DNA of 44,444 nucleotides from a virus (taxonomy: Duplodnaviria > Heunggongvirae > Uroviricota > Caudoviricetes): the IMG/VR virus record IMGVR_UViG_2531839661_000010; one strand, written 5' to 3'. Shown piece by piece: positions 30,792-39,303 of the stretch; the first letter of the stretch is position 1; the number at the start of each line of letters is the position of its first letter. The notes beneath the pieces were generated by a model, which was given only the letters and a program-made list of their open reading frames with translations, made no database searches and was not told where the DNA came from. The position numbers and the translations under genes were made by a program.

Positions 30792-30997
30792 GCTTCACCT
30801 CCGCAGAGGTCAAACGCTAGATGCAAAGAATTGCAGGTGCATTTCTGCATCTGTGAAAGGAGAAGATAGTTTGGATTGTATGTGCGCATAAACGTCCCCG
30901 TTTAGCGCAGAAGTCACCGGAGTTGTTCAGGCTCCGATTACTTAATTATGGCAAGTTGATTATCGCAAATCAAAGGTTTTAATTGTGCTTTATTCTT

Positions 30998-31198
30998 TCA
31001 AGCGTTTCCTTCATACCAAAGCCTATAAAGTTTTTCTTCTTCGTTTGGGTTAATAGGCTCACCATGTTTTAATTTTTCAGTGTACAAAATTGTTGAACAA
31101 ATCGCGGAAGTTAATCCAGTGATCGCCATCTGCCGCAGATCGGATTTTTGTGTCCCCCCCAACAGACGATCTCCCATCCATGTAATAATTGTATCCAT
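30998..31198 (-). CDS. Small hypothetical protein
   Basis: 66-aa ORF in an AT-rich stretch; no supporting signal beyond the open frame. Confidence 0.25.
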   Translation of the reverse strand: MDTIITWMGDRLLGGTQKSDLRQMAITGLTSAICSTILYTEKLKHGEPINPNEEEKLYRLWYEGNA

Positions 31199-31796
31199 GC
31201 TTCAGCCCTTCTTAGTAAATAGTGTGTAGGGCGACTGAAGGACCGAGTTTATGCTTTTTCGCATTGCTTTCAGTTAGTAGACCGGTATCGCACCGGAAAC
31301 AATCCTACGGCAAATTGGTTGTCTGACCTCTCGGTTTTTCGTGCATTAACCGATACCCACTACAGTCTCGGCGAAAGCTGCACACCCCCAAGGTGTACTG
31401 GTAGCACTCGGCACAGCCTAGCGCGCCACTTTCTTCTCACTATCCAGTCTAATTTTATCCCCTAGTCAGACACTCAGATGTAGTGCTCCGCAGCGGCATG
31501 CGGGGGAATACAAAAACTCGGACAAAATTGGGCCCTCCTTTTTGAATTACTCGCGGGGATGTAGTTATTAATACATGGGAAAAGATCTGTTTTCAAATCC
31601 AACATTATATGGTTTCAATACCACGGGGTGGCTATGTGGCTATGTGTTTCTCATTATTATTTACAATCTACTGTAATCGCTCCGAACGCAAATGCGTCAA
31701 TACTCGAATCAACTGATCATCCTGCCACGACTGAAATCTCAAATAGGCCGTTTCTCAAGTAAGAGATTTTGAATGCATTATTGGCTACTGAAATAA

Positions 31797-31826
31797 AAAA
31801 CCCAGCGCCAACTGGGTTCATATGAA
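31797..31826 (-). terminator. Rho-independent terminator after the secreted-protein gene
   Basis: Stem CCCAG/CTGGG around a 6-nt loop with U-runs on both strands (bidirectional), 10 bp downstream of the stop at 31836. Confidence 0.5.
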
Positions 31827-31835
31827 ATTTTTTTG

Positions 31836-32330
31836 TCATTTCCAATTGCAAGACTGTGAAATTTTTTCCACAACCTTATCAATCTCAGACAAGTCAAACT
31901 CAACTACTTGCATAGTTGATCCATAAGGTTCAAACCCAAAAATAGCTTTTTTATGCTTAGCCAAGGTCTTTATAAATTGTATTGGTTGTGGAGCAAATGC
32001 AGAATCACCGCCTTCCCCACCTCCCCAAACACTCTTGACCGGCTTTCCGCCATCTAACCGCACTGTAATTCTTGGGTTGTCCGAACCCATATAATCATTG
32101 AATGATAAATAGGCATCTGTTTTGTTATCACTACAACGCAACACCAGTGAAGTTGCACGATCAGTACCTGCTTTGTTATATGAATCTGGTGATAAATTAA
32201 GAGCCACAAAGTCAGTCTGGTCAGTCATTTTATTTATCTCAGACTTTGTTATCCACGGCCCTAACTTCTCTACACCAGCATTTGCTGTAAACGAGGCACT
32301 TATAACAAAGGCTAAAATAAATTTTCTCAT
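31836..32330 (-). CDS. Secreted (signal-peptide) protein of unknown function, accessory insertion
   Basis: MRKFILAFVISASFTANA signal peptide; AGGAG eight bases before the ATG; AT-rich; inserted where ren would continue. Confidence 0.55.
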   Translation of the reverse strand: MRKFILAFVISASFTANAGVEKLGPWITKSEINKMTDQTDFVALNLSPDSYNKAGTDRATSLVLRCSDNKTDAYLSFNDYMGSDNPRITVRLDGGKPVKSVWGGGEGGDSAFAPQPIQFIKTLAKHKKAIFGFEPYGSTMQVVEFDLSEIDKVVEKISQSCNWK

Positions 32331-32500
32331 AACCCTATCTCCTTGGATTCAAAGGACTAAATATTATCAAGTCTCTTGCCACTAGAAAACCCACTTTATT
32401 TCCAAACTCTGATGGCATTCCTTAAAATCCGCTTCATACTCACTTGCCCCGCCCTATCATCCTGAGTAGCTAACCGTTAAACAAACGTTCGCCAGACCTT

Positions 32501-32650
32501 ACCATCAATGACCAGGATTCCTGCCCGCGCCATTTTTGCCGCAGCCTGATTTATGCTGGTTAATGTCACACCTGTTGTCACAGCAACGTCCGGCGCACAG
32601 AAGCTCTTGTGCGTCTCCAGATAATGAATAATTGCCTCTTTGCCCGTCAT
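32501..32650 (-). pseudogene. ren: ren 5' remnant (49 codons)
   Basis: MTGKEAIIHYLETHKSFCAPDVAVTTGVTLTSINQAAAKMARAGILVID matches the N-terminus of lambda Ren as recalled, then stops; ATG overlaps the P stop (ATGA). Confidence 0.45.
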
Positions 32651-33348
32651 ACACTTGCTCCTTTCAGCCCAAACTTCGCTTTGATTTCTGCGATCTTCGC
32701 CAGAGCCTGAACACGATTAAGCGGTCTCCCGCCCATAACAGGAAGTTGTTTTACTGGTTCAGGTATCGCCTCACCACGGTTAATTCGCGCTGTCATACAG
32801 GCCAGTTCATCGGCAGCCTTGCGCCGTAATTCCGCATCAGTCAGCGCATTGCCCCGCATGTTCTGATACAGGTTGGTAACCAGCCAGTAGTGCGCGTTTG
32901 ATTTCCACGGATAAGACTCTGCATCCGGATACAGGCCACGTTTCCGGCAATACTCGTAAACCATATCAACCAGCTCGCTGGCGTTTGGCAGCCCGGCGGT
33001 AACGGATGCTTCTTCCCGGCACCAGGCAACAAACTGCCCGGGTGATGGCAGGAATGGTCGATTCTGCCGACGGGCTACGCGCATTCCTGCGTTAACCTGT
33101 TCCATCGTGGTGATCCCGTTTTCCCGGAAAGCCAGAACCCACTGGCGGCGGATTTCGTTCAGTTCGTTCTGGTCCCGGTTAGCCAGGCTCGCCGGGAAAG
33201 TTGCCAGTAACTGGCTGAACACACCATTGATGATCTGCGCTACCTGTTGTACCTGCGGCTTTTCGTCGTACTGTTCCGGCATGTTGTTGGCGATCCGGCG
33301 CATCTGCTCACGGTCAAAGTTAACCATCTGTGCGGCGATGTTTTTCAT
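32647..33348 (-). CDS. P: Replication protein P (DnaB helicase loader)
   Basis: 233-aa protein MKNIAAQMVNFDREQMRRIANNMPEQYDEKPQVQQVAQIINGVFSQLL... near-identical to lambda P as recalled. Confidence 0.95.
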   Translation of the reverse strand: MKNIAAQMVNFDREQMRRIANNMPEQYDEKPQVQQVAQIINGVFSQLLATFPASLANRDQNELNEIRRQWVLAFRENGITTMEQVNAGMRVARRQNRPFLPSPGQFVAWCREEASVTAGLPNASELVDMVYEYCRKRGLYPDAESYPWKSNAHYWLVTNLYQNMRGNALTDAELRRKAADELACMTARINRGEAIPEPVKQLPVMGGRPLNRVQALAKIAEIKAKFGLKGASV

Positions 33349-34364
33349 AAATCCACCCCGTAAATCCAGTCAGTGTTTGTCAGGTCGAGTTTTGATTTTC
33401 CGGCTGTCACGCCAGCCTGTTGCTTGTTACGGTTGATTTCGAGTTGGGTCCACTTGTCGCGGAGTTTGGCCGGACTTAGCACGTTACCGGACCAGAAGTT
33501 GTCCTGGCATGCCCAGCGGAACAGCACGCACATGTCGCGGTGGTTACGTCCGTCACGTTCACGCATCAGGCGGATATCGTTAGCCCACCCTGCAAAATTC
33601 GGTTTTCTGGCTGATGGCGCGATGGTCTTCACCATGTCAAACATCCACTCTGCGGCGGTCAGGTCTTCTGCTGTCCCCCACTTGCTGCCACTCTGAATTG
33701 CAGCATCCGGTTTCACCACAGGAAGGTCGTTTTCTGGCTGGTCAGAGGATTCGCCAGAATTCTCGGACGAAAAAGGTTTTATATTGTCTTTTGTTAGTTT
33801 GTCTTTTGTGTTTACCTGATTCGGGTAAACGCCTTTACCTGATTTGGGTAAACTTTTCTTACCTGATTCAGGTAAATTTACCTCTTTCAGGTAAACTTTA
33901 TTTTTCTTACCTGATTCGGGTAATGTTGACCATTCACTGACCACATTATTAATGCCGATATTTCGCCCGCTCTGAATAAGAATCCCACGCTTTACCAGAA
34001 CGCTTTTTGCAGCAGAACACTTGTGCGGCAATATCCCGGTCAATTCGGAAAGTTGCTCGTTGCTCACCCAATCCAGTCTTTTATTAAAGCCATATGTTTT
34101 GCGCATGACAGCCAGGAAGACCAGAAGCTGGTGCTGTGTTAATCCGGCCAGCATCACAGCTTCCAGCAACTCATTTGCAATGCGCGTATAACCATCATCG
34201 AGATCTGCCACGCGCGGCTCCTTTTGTGCCGCATCCGGCACTGGAAAATTGAATATCTCAGCAGTGTTTGCCATAATTCCTCCCGCAATGAGTGTGTTAC
34301 GATTTGCACCTGAAAGTCGGTTCTGTTCCCGCAGACCGACTTTCGCCATTTCTGAACCTGTCAT
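33345..34364 (-). CDS. O: Replication initiator O
   Basis: C-terminal third (GTAEDLTAAEWMFDMVKTIAPSARKPNFAGWANDIRLMRERDGRNHRDMCVLFRWACQ...) matches lambda O as recalled; N-terminal DNA-binding part diverged; iterons inside the gene. Confidence 0.9.
   Translation of the reverse strand: MTGSEMAKVGLREQNRLSGANRNTLIAGGIMANTAEIFNFPVPDAAQKEPRVADLDDGYTRIANELLEAVMLAGLTQHQLLVFLAVMRKTYGFNKRLDWVSNEQLSELTGILPHKCSAAKSVLVKRGILIQSGRNIGINNVVSEWSTLPESGKKNKVYLKEVNLPESGKKSLPKSGKGVYPNQVNTKDKLTKDNIKPFSSENSGESSDQPENDLPVVKPDAAIQSGSKWGTAEDLTAAEWMFDMVKTIAPSARKPNFAGWANDIRLMRERDGRNHRDMCVLFRWACQDNFWSGNVLSPAKLRDKWTQLEINRNKQQAGVTAGKSKLDLTNTDWIYGVDL
33811..33924. repeat. Replication origin iterons (O-binding sites) inside the O gene
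   Basis: Five copies of TTTACCTGATTCGGGTAAAC-like dyad repeats at about 24-bp spacing (33811, 33835, 33859, 33877, 33907), flanked by an AT-rich stretch at 33775-33810. Confidence 0.7.
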
Positions 34365-34906
34365 ATTGTCCCCAGCATGGTGGTCACCATCGCCATTAAT
34401 GGACCAGCCAGATCCGGGTCCACACGAAACATCGACACAATACCTTCACTCATTTCCTTCAGTTTCTGGTGGCGTGGTGCGTTGAGAATGACAGCCTGTT
34501 TTGCCTCACTGAGTTCCTTTTCCATTTCAGCCAACCGAGTCATGAAGCTATCCTGCTCAACCAGGTAACCGCGATATTCCAGCGGTAGTACCGCCAGAAT
34601 TGCCGGGGTCAGTTCACGCACGTTATTTCGGTATTTTTCAGAATCGAATTTGTTATCGAGGAAGCGGAACAGCTTCTGGCGTGCACGGCTGACATCATCA
34701 GGGAAATCGATGGTGCCGCCGCCCTGCTCCCGATACTCATTCACAATGAGTGCGGCAACAACATCCTGATTATCTGCAGCCGACCAGGCGCGGACGGCAT
34801 CACGGATTTTTTCGTGGCCTGGAGCTTGTTTTGTTTGAGAACGATTTATCACCGCAGTCGGGCTAAATCCGCTAGTCTGTTGGTATGTAAGTGGTTGCAT
34901 AGTCAT
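34361..34906 (-). CDS. CII-like lysogeny-establishment regulator (putative)
   Basis: 181-aa ORF in the cII position between cro and O, start/stop coupled to O; family assignment is positional. Confidence 0.4.
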   Translation of the reverse strand: MTMQPLTYQQTSGFSPTAVINRSQTKQAPGHEKIRDAVRAWSAADNQDVVAALIVNEYREQGGGTIDFPDDVSRARQKLFRFLDNKFDSEKYRNNVRELTPAILAVLPLEYRGYLVEQDSFMTRLAEMEKELSEAKQAVILNAPRHQKLKEMSEGIVSMFRVDPDLAGPLMAMVTTMLGTI

Positions 34907-34930
34907 TGCCTTATCAGTTAACGCCGCAGA

Positions 34931-35158
34931 TTAGGCGGCAGAATTACTCGCGTTAAACAATGGTGCGAGGTCGGGACGAATATCTGCTGGTTTAATCTTT
35001 CCACCAGTGGCTGAGACAATTTTCATTACATAGCGGGCATCAATTCCGCCACCGTGTAGCCAACGCCAAACAGTGGGCTGGGCTACACCGCATAGATCTG
35101 CCAGTCGTTTTTGACTACCTGTAATACTGATTGCGAGTTGAATGGTTTGATTTGTCAT
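34931..35158 (-). CDS. cro: Cro-like repressor (HTH)
   Basis: 75-aa protein with helix-turn-helix QKRLADLCGVAQPTVWRWLHGG; divergent from cI across an operator-rich region. Confidence 0.65.
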   Translation of the reverse strand: MTNQTIQLAISITGSQKRLADLCGVAQPTVWRWLHGGGIDARYVMKIVSATGGKIKPADIRPDLAPLFNASNSAA

Positions 35159-35268
35159 TATTAATTCCTATTGGTATTACAATGAATAAATAATAGCAAT
35201 ACGTATTAATCATAACAATAGCAAAACGTGTTTTGACCATCAATACGCAAGCGTATAAATTAAAACTT
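35159..35268. promoter_or_regulatory. Right operator/promoter region (OR, PRM/PR)
   Basis: Three dyads between divergent cI and cro: AATACGTATT (35198-35207), AAAACGTGTTTT (35223-35234), ATACGCAAGCGTAT (35243-35256); TATAAAT just upstream of the cI ATG. Confidence 0.6.
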
Positions 35269-35961
35269 ATGAAAAAAGAAACTCTTGCTGATCGCTTAAA
35301 CCTAGCGATGGAACAATCTGGAATGTCTCAAGGCGCTCTTGCAAAGGCGTCTGGCGTAGCTCAACCCACAATCTGGAGACTGACAAGCGGCAACGCGCGC
35401 GGCTCAACAAAAATTGTTGAAATAGCTAATGCATTGGGTGTTCGAACAGAGTGGCTCTCATCAGGCATAGGCCCGATGAGAAATGACGGTCAACAATTAG
35501 GGAAGCCTACTGCCAACCATCCCAAATACTTCAAGATTGACGTTCTTGATATAGAAGTGAGTGCCGGGCCGGGAGTCATCAACCGTGAGTTTGTAGAAGT
35601 TCTACGCTCGGTTGAGTACTCGTTTGACGATGCTCGTCACATGTTCGATGGTAGGAAGGCAGAAAATATCCGCATCATTAACGTACGCGGTGACAGCATG
35701 TCAGGAACGATTGAACCTGGTGATCTTCTATTCGTTGATATCACGGTTAAATCTTTCGACGGTGATGGTATCTATGCGTTTCTGTACGACGACACAGCCC
35801 ATGTAAAGCGCTTGCAAATGATGAAGGATAAGCTGCTGGTTATCTCTGATAACAAAAGCTACTCACCGTGGGACCCGATCGAGAAAGATGAGATGAACCG
35901 GGTATTTATCTTCGGGAAAGTTATTGGGAGCATGCCGCAGACGTATAGGAAGCATGGATAG
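35269..35961 (+). CDS. cI: CI repressor (HTH plus LexA-like autopeptidase domain)
   Basis: N-terminal HTH MSQGALAKASGVAQPTIWRL and C-terminal S24 peptidase motifs (GDSMSGTIEPGDLLFVD, HVKRL); ATG at 35269 (ORF-track start 35233 is TTG). Confidence 0.85.
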   Translation: MKKETLADRLNLAMEQSGMSQGALAKASGVAQPTIWRLTSGNARGSTKIVEIANALGVRTEWLSSGIGPMRNDGQQLGKPTANHPKYFKIDVLDIEVSAGPGVINREFVEVLRSVEYSFDDARHMFDGRKAENIRIINVRGDSMSGTIEPGDLLFVDITVKSFDGDGIYAFLYDDTAHVKRLQMMKDKLLVISDNKSYSPWDPIEKDEMNRVFIFGKVIGSMPQTYRKHG

Positions 35962-36041
35962 TACCAATTAAAAATTATCAACCGGGCATTGTGCTCATTC
36001 AGTAAAACAACTTAATTATTCATTTTAGAATGGAGAACTTA

Positions 36042-37103
36042 ATGGATACTTTAAAATATGAGAAATTCTCTGATTTTGATCACAATGACCCATTTTTTGA
36101 CTCTTTAAAAAAAGATTATAAAGAGTTTCCTCTTTGGTTAGAAAAAAAAGCCAGAGAAGGAGAATCAGCTTATGTGCTCTATGATGACAAGCATAAAATC
36201 GAAGGTTTTATGTATCTAAAAGAAAATGATGATGCAAATGACATTAATCCAGCGCTCCCACCAGGACGTCATCTAAAGATAGGAACATTCAAATTTGAAT
36301 CTAAAGGCACCCTTCGCGGACAACGATTTCTAAAAAAAGCGTTTGACCATGCATTTTCATCAAAATCTGATGATATTTATGTTACTGTTTTCGACAAACA
36401 CGTCCATCTAATAAAACTTTTCCAAACGTACGGATTTTACATTCATGGTGAAAAAGAAACACATAACGGGAAAGAGTTTGTATATGCGAGGTCTTTGCAT
36501 GAGCCTTATGGTGATATTTTATTAGATTACCCTCGAATAATGACATCAAGGGCCAACAAATATTTACTGGCGATTTATCCCGAATATCACACTAGACTAT
36601 TCCCTGATTCAAAACTTGTAAATGAATCACCAGATATTGTCAAAGATATATCCCATGCTAACAGCATTCATAAAATTTACATATGTGGAATGCGTTCTGT
36701 GATGGGAATGAAAAGAGGAGATATCATTGTCATCTATAGAACCGGAGACAAAAAAGGGCCAGCTCGCTATCGTTCTGTAGCCAGTACATTATGTGTAGTT
36801 GAGAGCGTAAAAAATATTTCTGAATTTTTAAGCGAAGATAGTTTTGTAGACTATTGTATTCGTTTTAGCGTATTTTCTGAAGATGAACTCAGAAAAATCT
36901 ATAAAGAACGTCGATACCCTTTCATTATAAGATTCACATACAATCTGTCTTTGCCAAAGAGACCCAATCGTGCTATTTTAATAGATCATGTGGGGCTAAA
37001 TGGTTCGCGTGCATTCCGATGGAGTCACTTTAAACTCACAAATGAGCAGTTCTTAAAGATCATCGAGTTAGGCAAGATAAATGAAAGTTTTATTATCCAT
37101 TAA
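36042..37103 (+). CDS. Two-domain protein: GNAT-like acetyltransferase-fold N-terminal half plus PUA/ASCH-like C-terminal half
   Basis: HLKIGTFKFESKGTLRGQRFLKKAFDHAF...IYVTVFDKHVHLIKLFQTYGFYIHGE resembles GNAT motifs A and B; C-terminal LLAIYPEYHTRLF...GMKRGDIIVIYRTG resembles a PUA-like barrel; GGAG six bases before ATG 36042; about 30 percent GC. Confidence 0.5.
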   Translation: MDTLKYEKFSDFDHNDPFFDSLKKDYKEFPLWLEKKAREGESAYVLYDDKHKIEGFMYLKENDDANDINPALPPGRHLKIGTFKFESKGTLRGQRFLKKAFDHAFSSKSDDIYVTVFDKHVHLIKLFQTYGFYIHGEKETHNGKEFVYARSLHEPYGDILLDYPRIMTSRANKYLLAIYPEYHTRLFPDSKLVNESPDIVKDISHANSIHKIYICGMRSVMGMKRGDIIVIYRTGDKKGPARYRSVASTLCVVESVKNISEFLSEDSFVDYCIRFSVFSEDELRKIYKERRYPFIIRFTYNLSLPKRPNRAILIDHVGLNGSRAFRWSHFKLTNEQFLKIIELGKINESFIIH

Positions 37104-37458
37104 GCCTGAGTTTGCAGAAAAAATATTGAACGGAACAAAGCGGTTCGAGTTTCGTAAAGGTATATTCAAAAATCCGCAAATTAGCACCGTTGTTATTTAT
37201 GCCACGATGCCATTAGGTAAAGTTGTTGGCCAATTCCGTATTGAATCAATACTAAGTGACGAACCGGAATCTCTTTGGAAAAAGACGGAAAAACACGCAG
37301 GTATTTCTAAGCAATTTTATGACTCATATTATTCAGGTAGAGAAAAGGCCTACGCAATAAAAATTGGTGAAGTGGAAAGATATAAAGAACCAATTCCTAT
37401 CTCTGCTCTAGGTAGTAATATTAAGCCACCACAATCATATCTTTACCTACCTGCGTAA
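37081..37458 (+). CDS. ASCH-domain protein
   Basis: N-terminus MKVLLSIKPEFAEKILNGTKRFEFRKG carries the GxKxxExR-type ASCH signature; 125 aa; start overlaps the upstream gene by 23 bp. Confidence 0.6.
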   Translation: MKVLLSIKPEFAEKILNGTKRFEFRKGIFKNPQISTVVIYATMPLGKVVGQFRIESILSDEPESLWKKTEKHAGISKQFYDSYYSGREKAYAIKIGEVERYKEPIPISALGSNIKPPQSYLYLPA

Positions 37459-37462
37459 GAAT

Positions 37463-37488
37463 CCCGGCCACCGTGCCGGGTTTTCTTT
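37463..37488 (+). terminator. Rho-independent terminator closing the immunity transcript
   Basis: Stem CCCGGC/GCCGGG with 6-nt loop followed by TTTTCTTTT, five bases after the ASCH gene stop. Confidence 0.5.
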
Positions 37489-37606
37489 TGTCCCCTCATC
37501 ACACAAACCGTTCGAAAAACCACCACATCCTCCCTTCAGTTATCGCTATGCGATGCAAGTCACAAAATTAATTCTTTTTGCTATCAAACAGTTAATATCA
37601 AAACAC

Positions 37607-37660
37607 ATCAATCAATAGCAATAAGTATTGATACAACCAATAGCAATAGCTATTATCACC
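37607..37660. promoter_or_regulatory. Left operator region (OL/PL)
   Basis: Dyads AATAAGTATT (37621-37630) and AATAGCTATT (37645-37654) share the AATA-NN-TATT pattern of the OR dyads. Confidence 0.5.
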
Positions 37661-37729
37661 ATGTCGCAACAACACAACGATACGGCAATCACCTGATTCA
37701 CCGTTGCGATGACCGCTTAGATCCGCAGC

Positions 37730-38140
37730 TTGAATTTCAGCAGGCTCCGGGGAGTGCGAGGGGTGAAGCGGACGCGTGAACGTCGGTGTGACCAGCTGAA
37801 ATCAACTCAACACCTCATACCTCAGTCGCTTCAACGAGGCGGCTTAGTTATGACAACCGGCGGCCATCCACCGCCTGAATACGCGCAGAAGTCTTTATAT
37901 GTTCAGCAGCCCAGCTTACGGGCAGGAGTTTTTATGGTGCATCAACATTATGGAACGCAGACCGTTAATCGAGGTGCGGTCATGCCAGGCATGCTGGTCA
38001 AACACAAAGATGGTACCTGGACTGCATCAGCTAATTTACGCGGACGGCTTTATCTGCATCGCGGCATCGAGCGCACTTATACCCGTGATTTGCTCGTGGA
38101 AGTTTTTCTCGACGGACGCGGTAACGGCCTGAATCACTAA
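37730..38140 (+). CDS. Hypothetical early-left protein in the N position
   Basis: First ORF after OL; N-terminal Arg-rich stretch [15 protein letters not shown] could be an N-like RNA-binding motif; start and true length uncertain. Confidence 0.3.
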   Translation: MNFSRLRGVRGVKRTRERRCDQLKSTQHLIPQSLQRGGLVMTTGGHPPPEYAQKSLYVQQPSLRAGVFMVHQHYGTQTVNRGAVMPGMLVKHKDGTWTASANLRGRLYLHRGIERTYTRDLLVEVFLDGRGNGLNH

Positions 38141-38215
38141 CCCCCTTTCCTGTTTTCCTAATCAGCCTGGCATTTCGCGGGCGATATTTTCACAGCCATT
38201 TTCAGGAGGTCAGCC

Positions 38216-38512
38216 ATGAACGCTTATTACATTCAGGATCGTCTTGAGGCTCAGAGCTGGGCGCGTCACTACCAGCAGATCGCCCGTGAAGAGAAAGAGG
38301 CAGAACTGGCAGACGACATGGAAAAAGGCCTGCCCCAGCACCTGTTTGAATCGCTATGCATCGATCATTTGCAACGCCACGGGGCCAGCAAAAAAGCCAT
38401 TACCCGTGCGTTTGATGACGATGTTGAGTTTCAGGAGCGCATGGCAGAACACATCCAGTACATGGTTGAAACCATTGCTCACCACCAGGTTGATATTGAT
38501 TCAGAGGTATAA
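38216..38512 (+). CDS. gam: Gam, RecBCD inhibitor (short form)
   Basis: 98-aa protein [21 protein letters not shown]...[10 protein letters not shown] matches lambda Gam as recalled; AGGAGG before the ATG. Confidence 0.9.
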   Translation: MNAYYIQDRLEAQSWARHYQQIAREEKEAELADDMEKGLPQHLFESLCIDHLQRHGASKKAITRAFDDDVEFQERMAEHIQYMVETIAHHQVDIDSEV

Positions 38513-38517
38513 AACGG

Positions 38518-39303
38518 ATGAGTACAGCACTCGCAACGCTGGCAGGGAAGCTGGCTGAACGTGTCGGCATGGATTCTGTCGACCCACAGGAACTGATCAC
38601 CACTCTTCGCCAGACGGCATTTAAAGGTGATGCCAGCGATGCGCAGTTCATCGCATTGTTGATCGTCGCCAACCAGTACGGCCTTAATCCGTGGACGAAA
38701 GAAATTTACGCCTTCCCTGATAAGCAGAACGGCATCGTTCCGGTGGTGGGCGTTGATGGCTGGTCCCGCATCATCAATGAAAACCAGCAGTTTGATGGCA
38801 TGGACTTTGAGCAGGACAATGAATCCTGTACATGCCGGATTTACCGCAAGGACCGTAATCATCCGATCTGCGTTACCGAATGGATGGATGAATGCCGCCG
38901 CGAACCATTCAAAACTCGCGAAGGCAGAGAAATCACGGGGCCGTGGCAGTCGCATCCCAAACGGATGTTACGGCATAAAGCCATGATTCAGTGTGCCCGT
39001 CTGGCCTTCGGATTTGCTGGTATCTATGACAAGGATGAAGCCGAGCGCATTGTCGAAAATACTGCATACACTGCAGAACGTCAGCCAGAACGCGACATCA
39101 CTCCGGTTAACGATGAAACCATGCAGGAGATTAACACTCTGCTGATCGCCCTGGATAAAACATGGGATGACGACTTATTGCCGCTCTGTTCCCAGATATT
39201 TCGCCGCGACATTCGCGCATCGTCAGAACTGACACAGGCCGAAGCAGTGAAAGCTCTTGGATTCCTGAAACAGAAAGCCTCTGAGCAGAAGGTGGCTGCA
39301 TGA
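38518..39303 (+). CDS. bet: Bet single-strand annealing protein (Red beta)
   Basis: 261-aa protein [38 protein letters not shown]... near-identical to lambda Bet as recalled. Confidence 0.95.
   Translation: MSTALATLAGKLAERVGMDSVDPQELITTLRQTAFKGDASDAQFIALLIVANQYGLNPWTKEIYAFPDKQNGIVPVVGVDGWSRIINENQQFDGMDFEQDNESCTCRIYRKDRNHPICVTEWMDECRREPFKTREGREITGPWQSHPKRMLRHKAMIQCARLAFGFAGIYDKDEAERIVENTAYTAERQPERDITPVNDETMQEINTLLIALDKTWDDDLLPLCSQIFRRDIRASSELTQAEAVKALGFLKQKASEQKVAA

Noticed and set aside
31200-31835. ORF-free 0.6 kb stretch as a structured ncRNA (retron msr-msd, type III antitoxin repeats, CRISPR)
   Set aside because: No reverse transcriptase gene nearby, no tandem repeats, no repeat-spacer pattern; absence of long ORFs over 630 bp is not unusual. 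Left as unresolved, mentioned in the ren-insertion finding.
33811-33924. Tandem repeats as a possible CRISPR array
   Set aside because: Repeats are dyad iterons inside the O gene with short spacers, matching a lambdoid origin; no cas genes in the window.
35233-35268. ORF-track N-terminal extensions (cI from 35233, spike-like gene from 8442, nuclease-like gene from 1746, invertase from 3221)
   Set aside because: The extended starts are TTG or GTG, or lie upstream of the homology-supported methionine; downstream ATG starts were preferred.
36030-37458. Possibility that the immunity-region cassette is rexA-rexB
   Set aside because: Neither protein resembles RexA or RexB as I recall them (no multi-pass membrane protein; sizes and motifs differ); only the position is shared.
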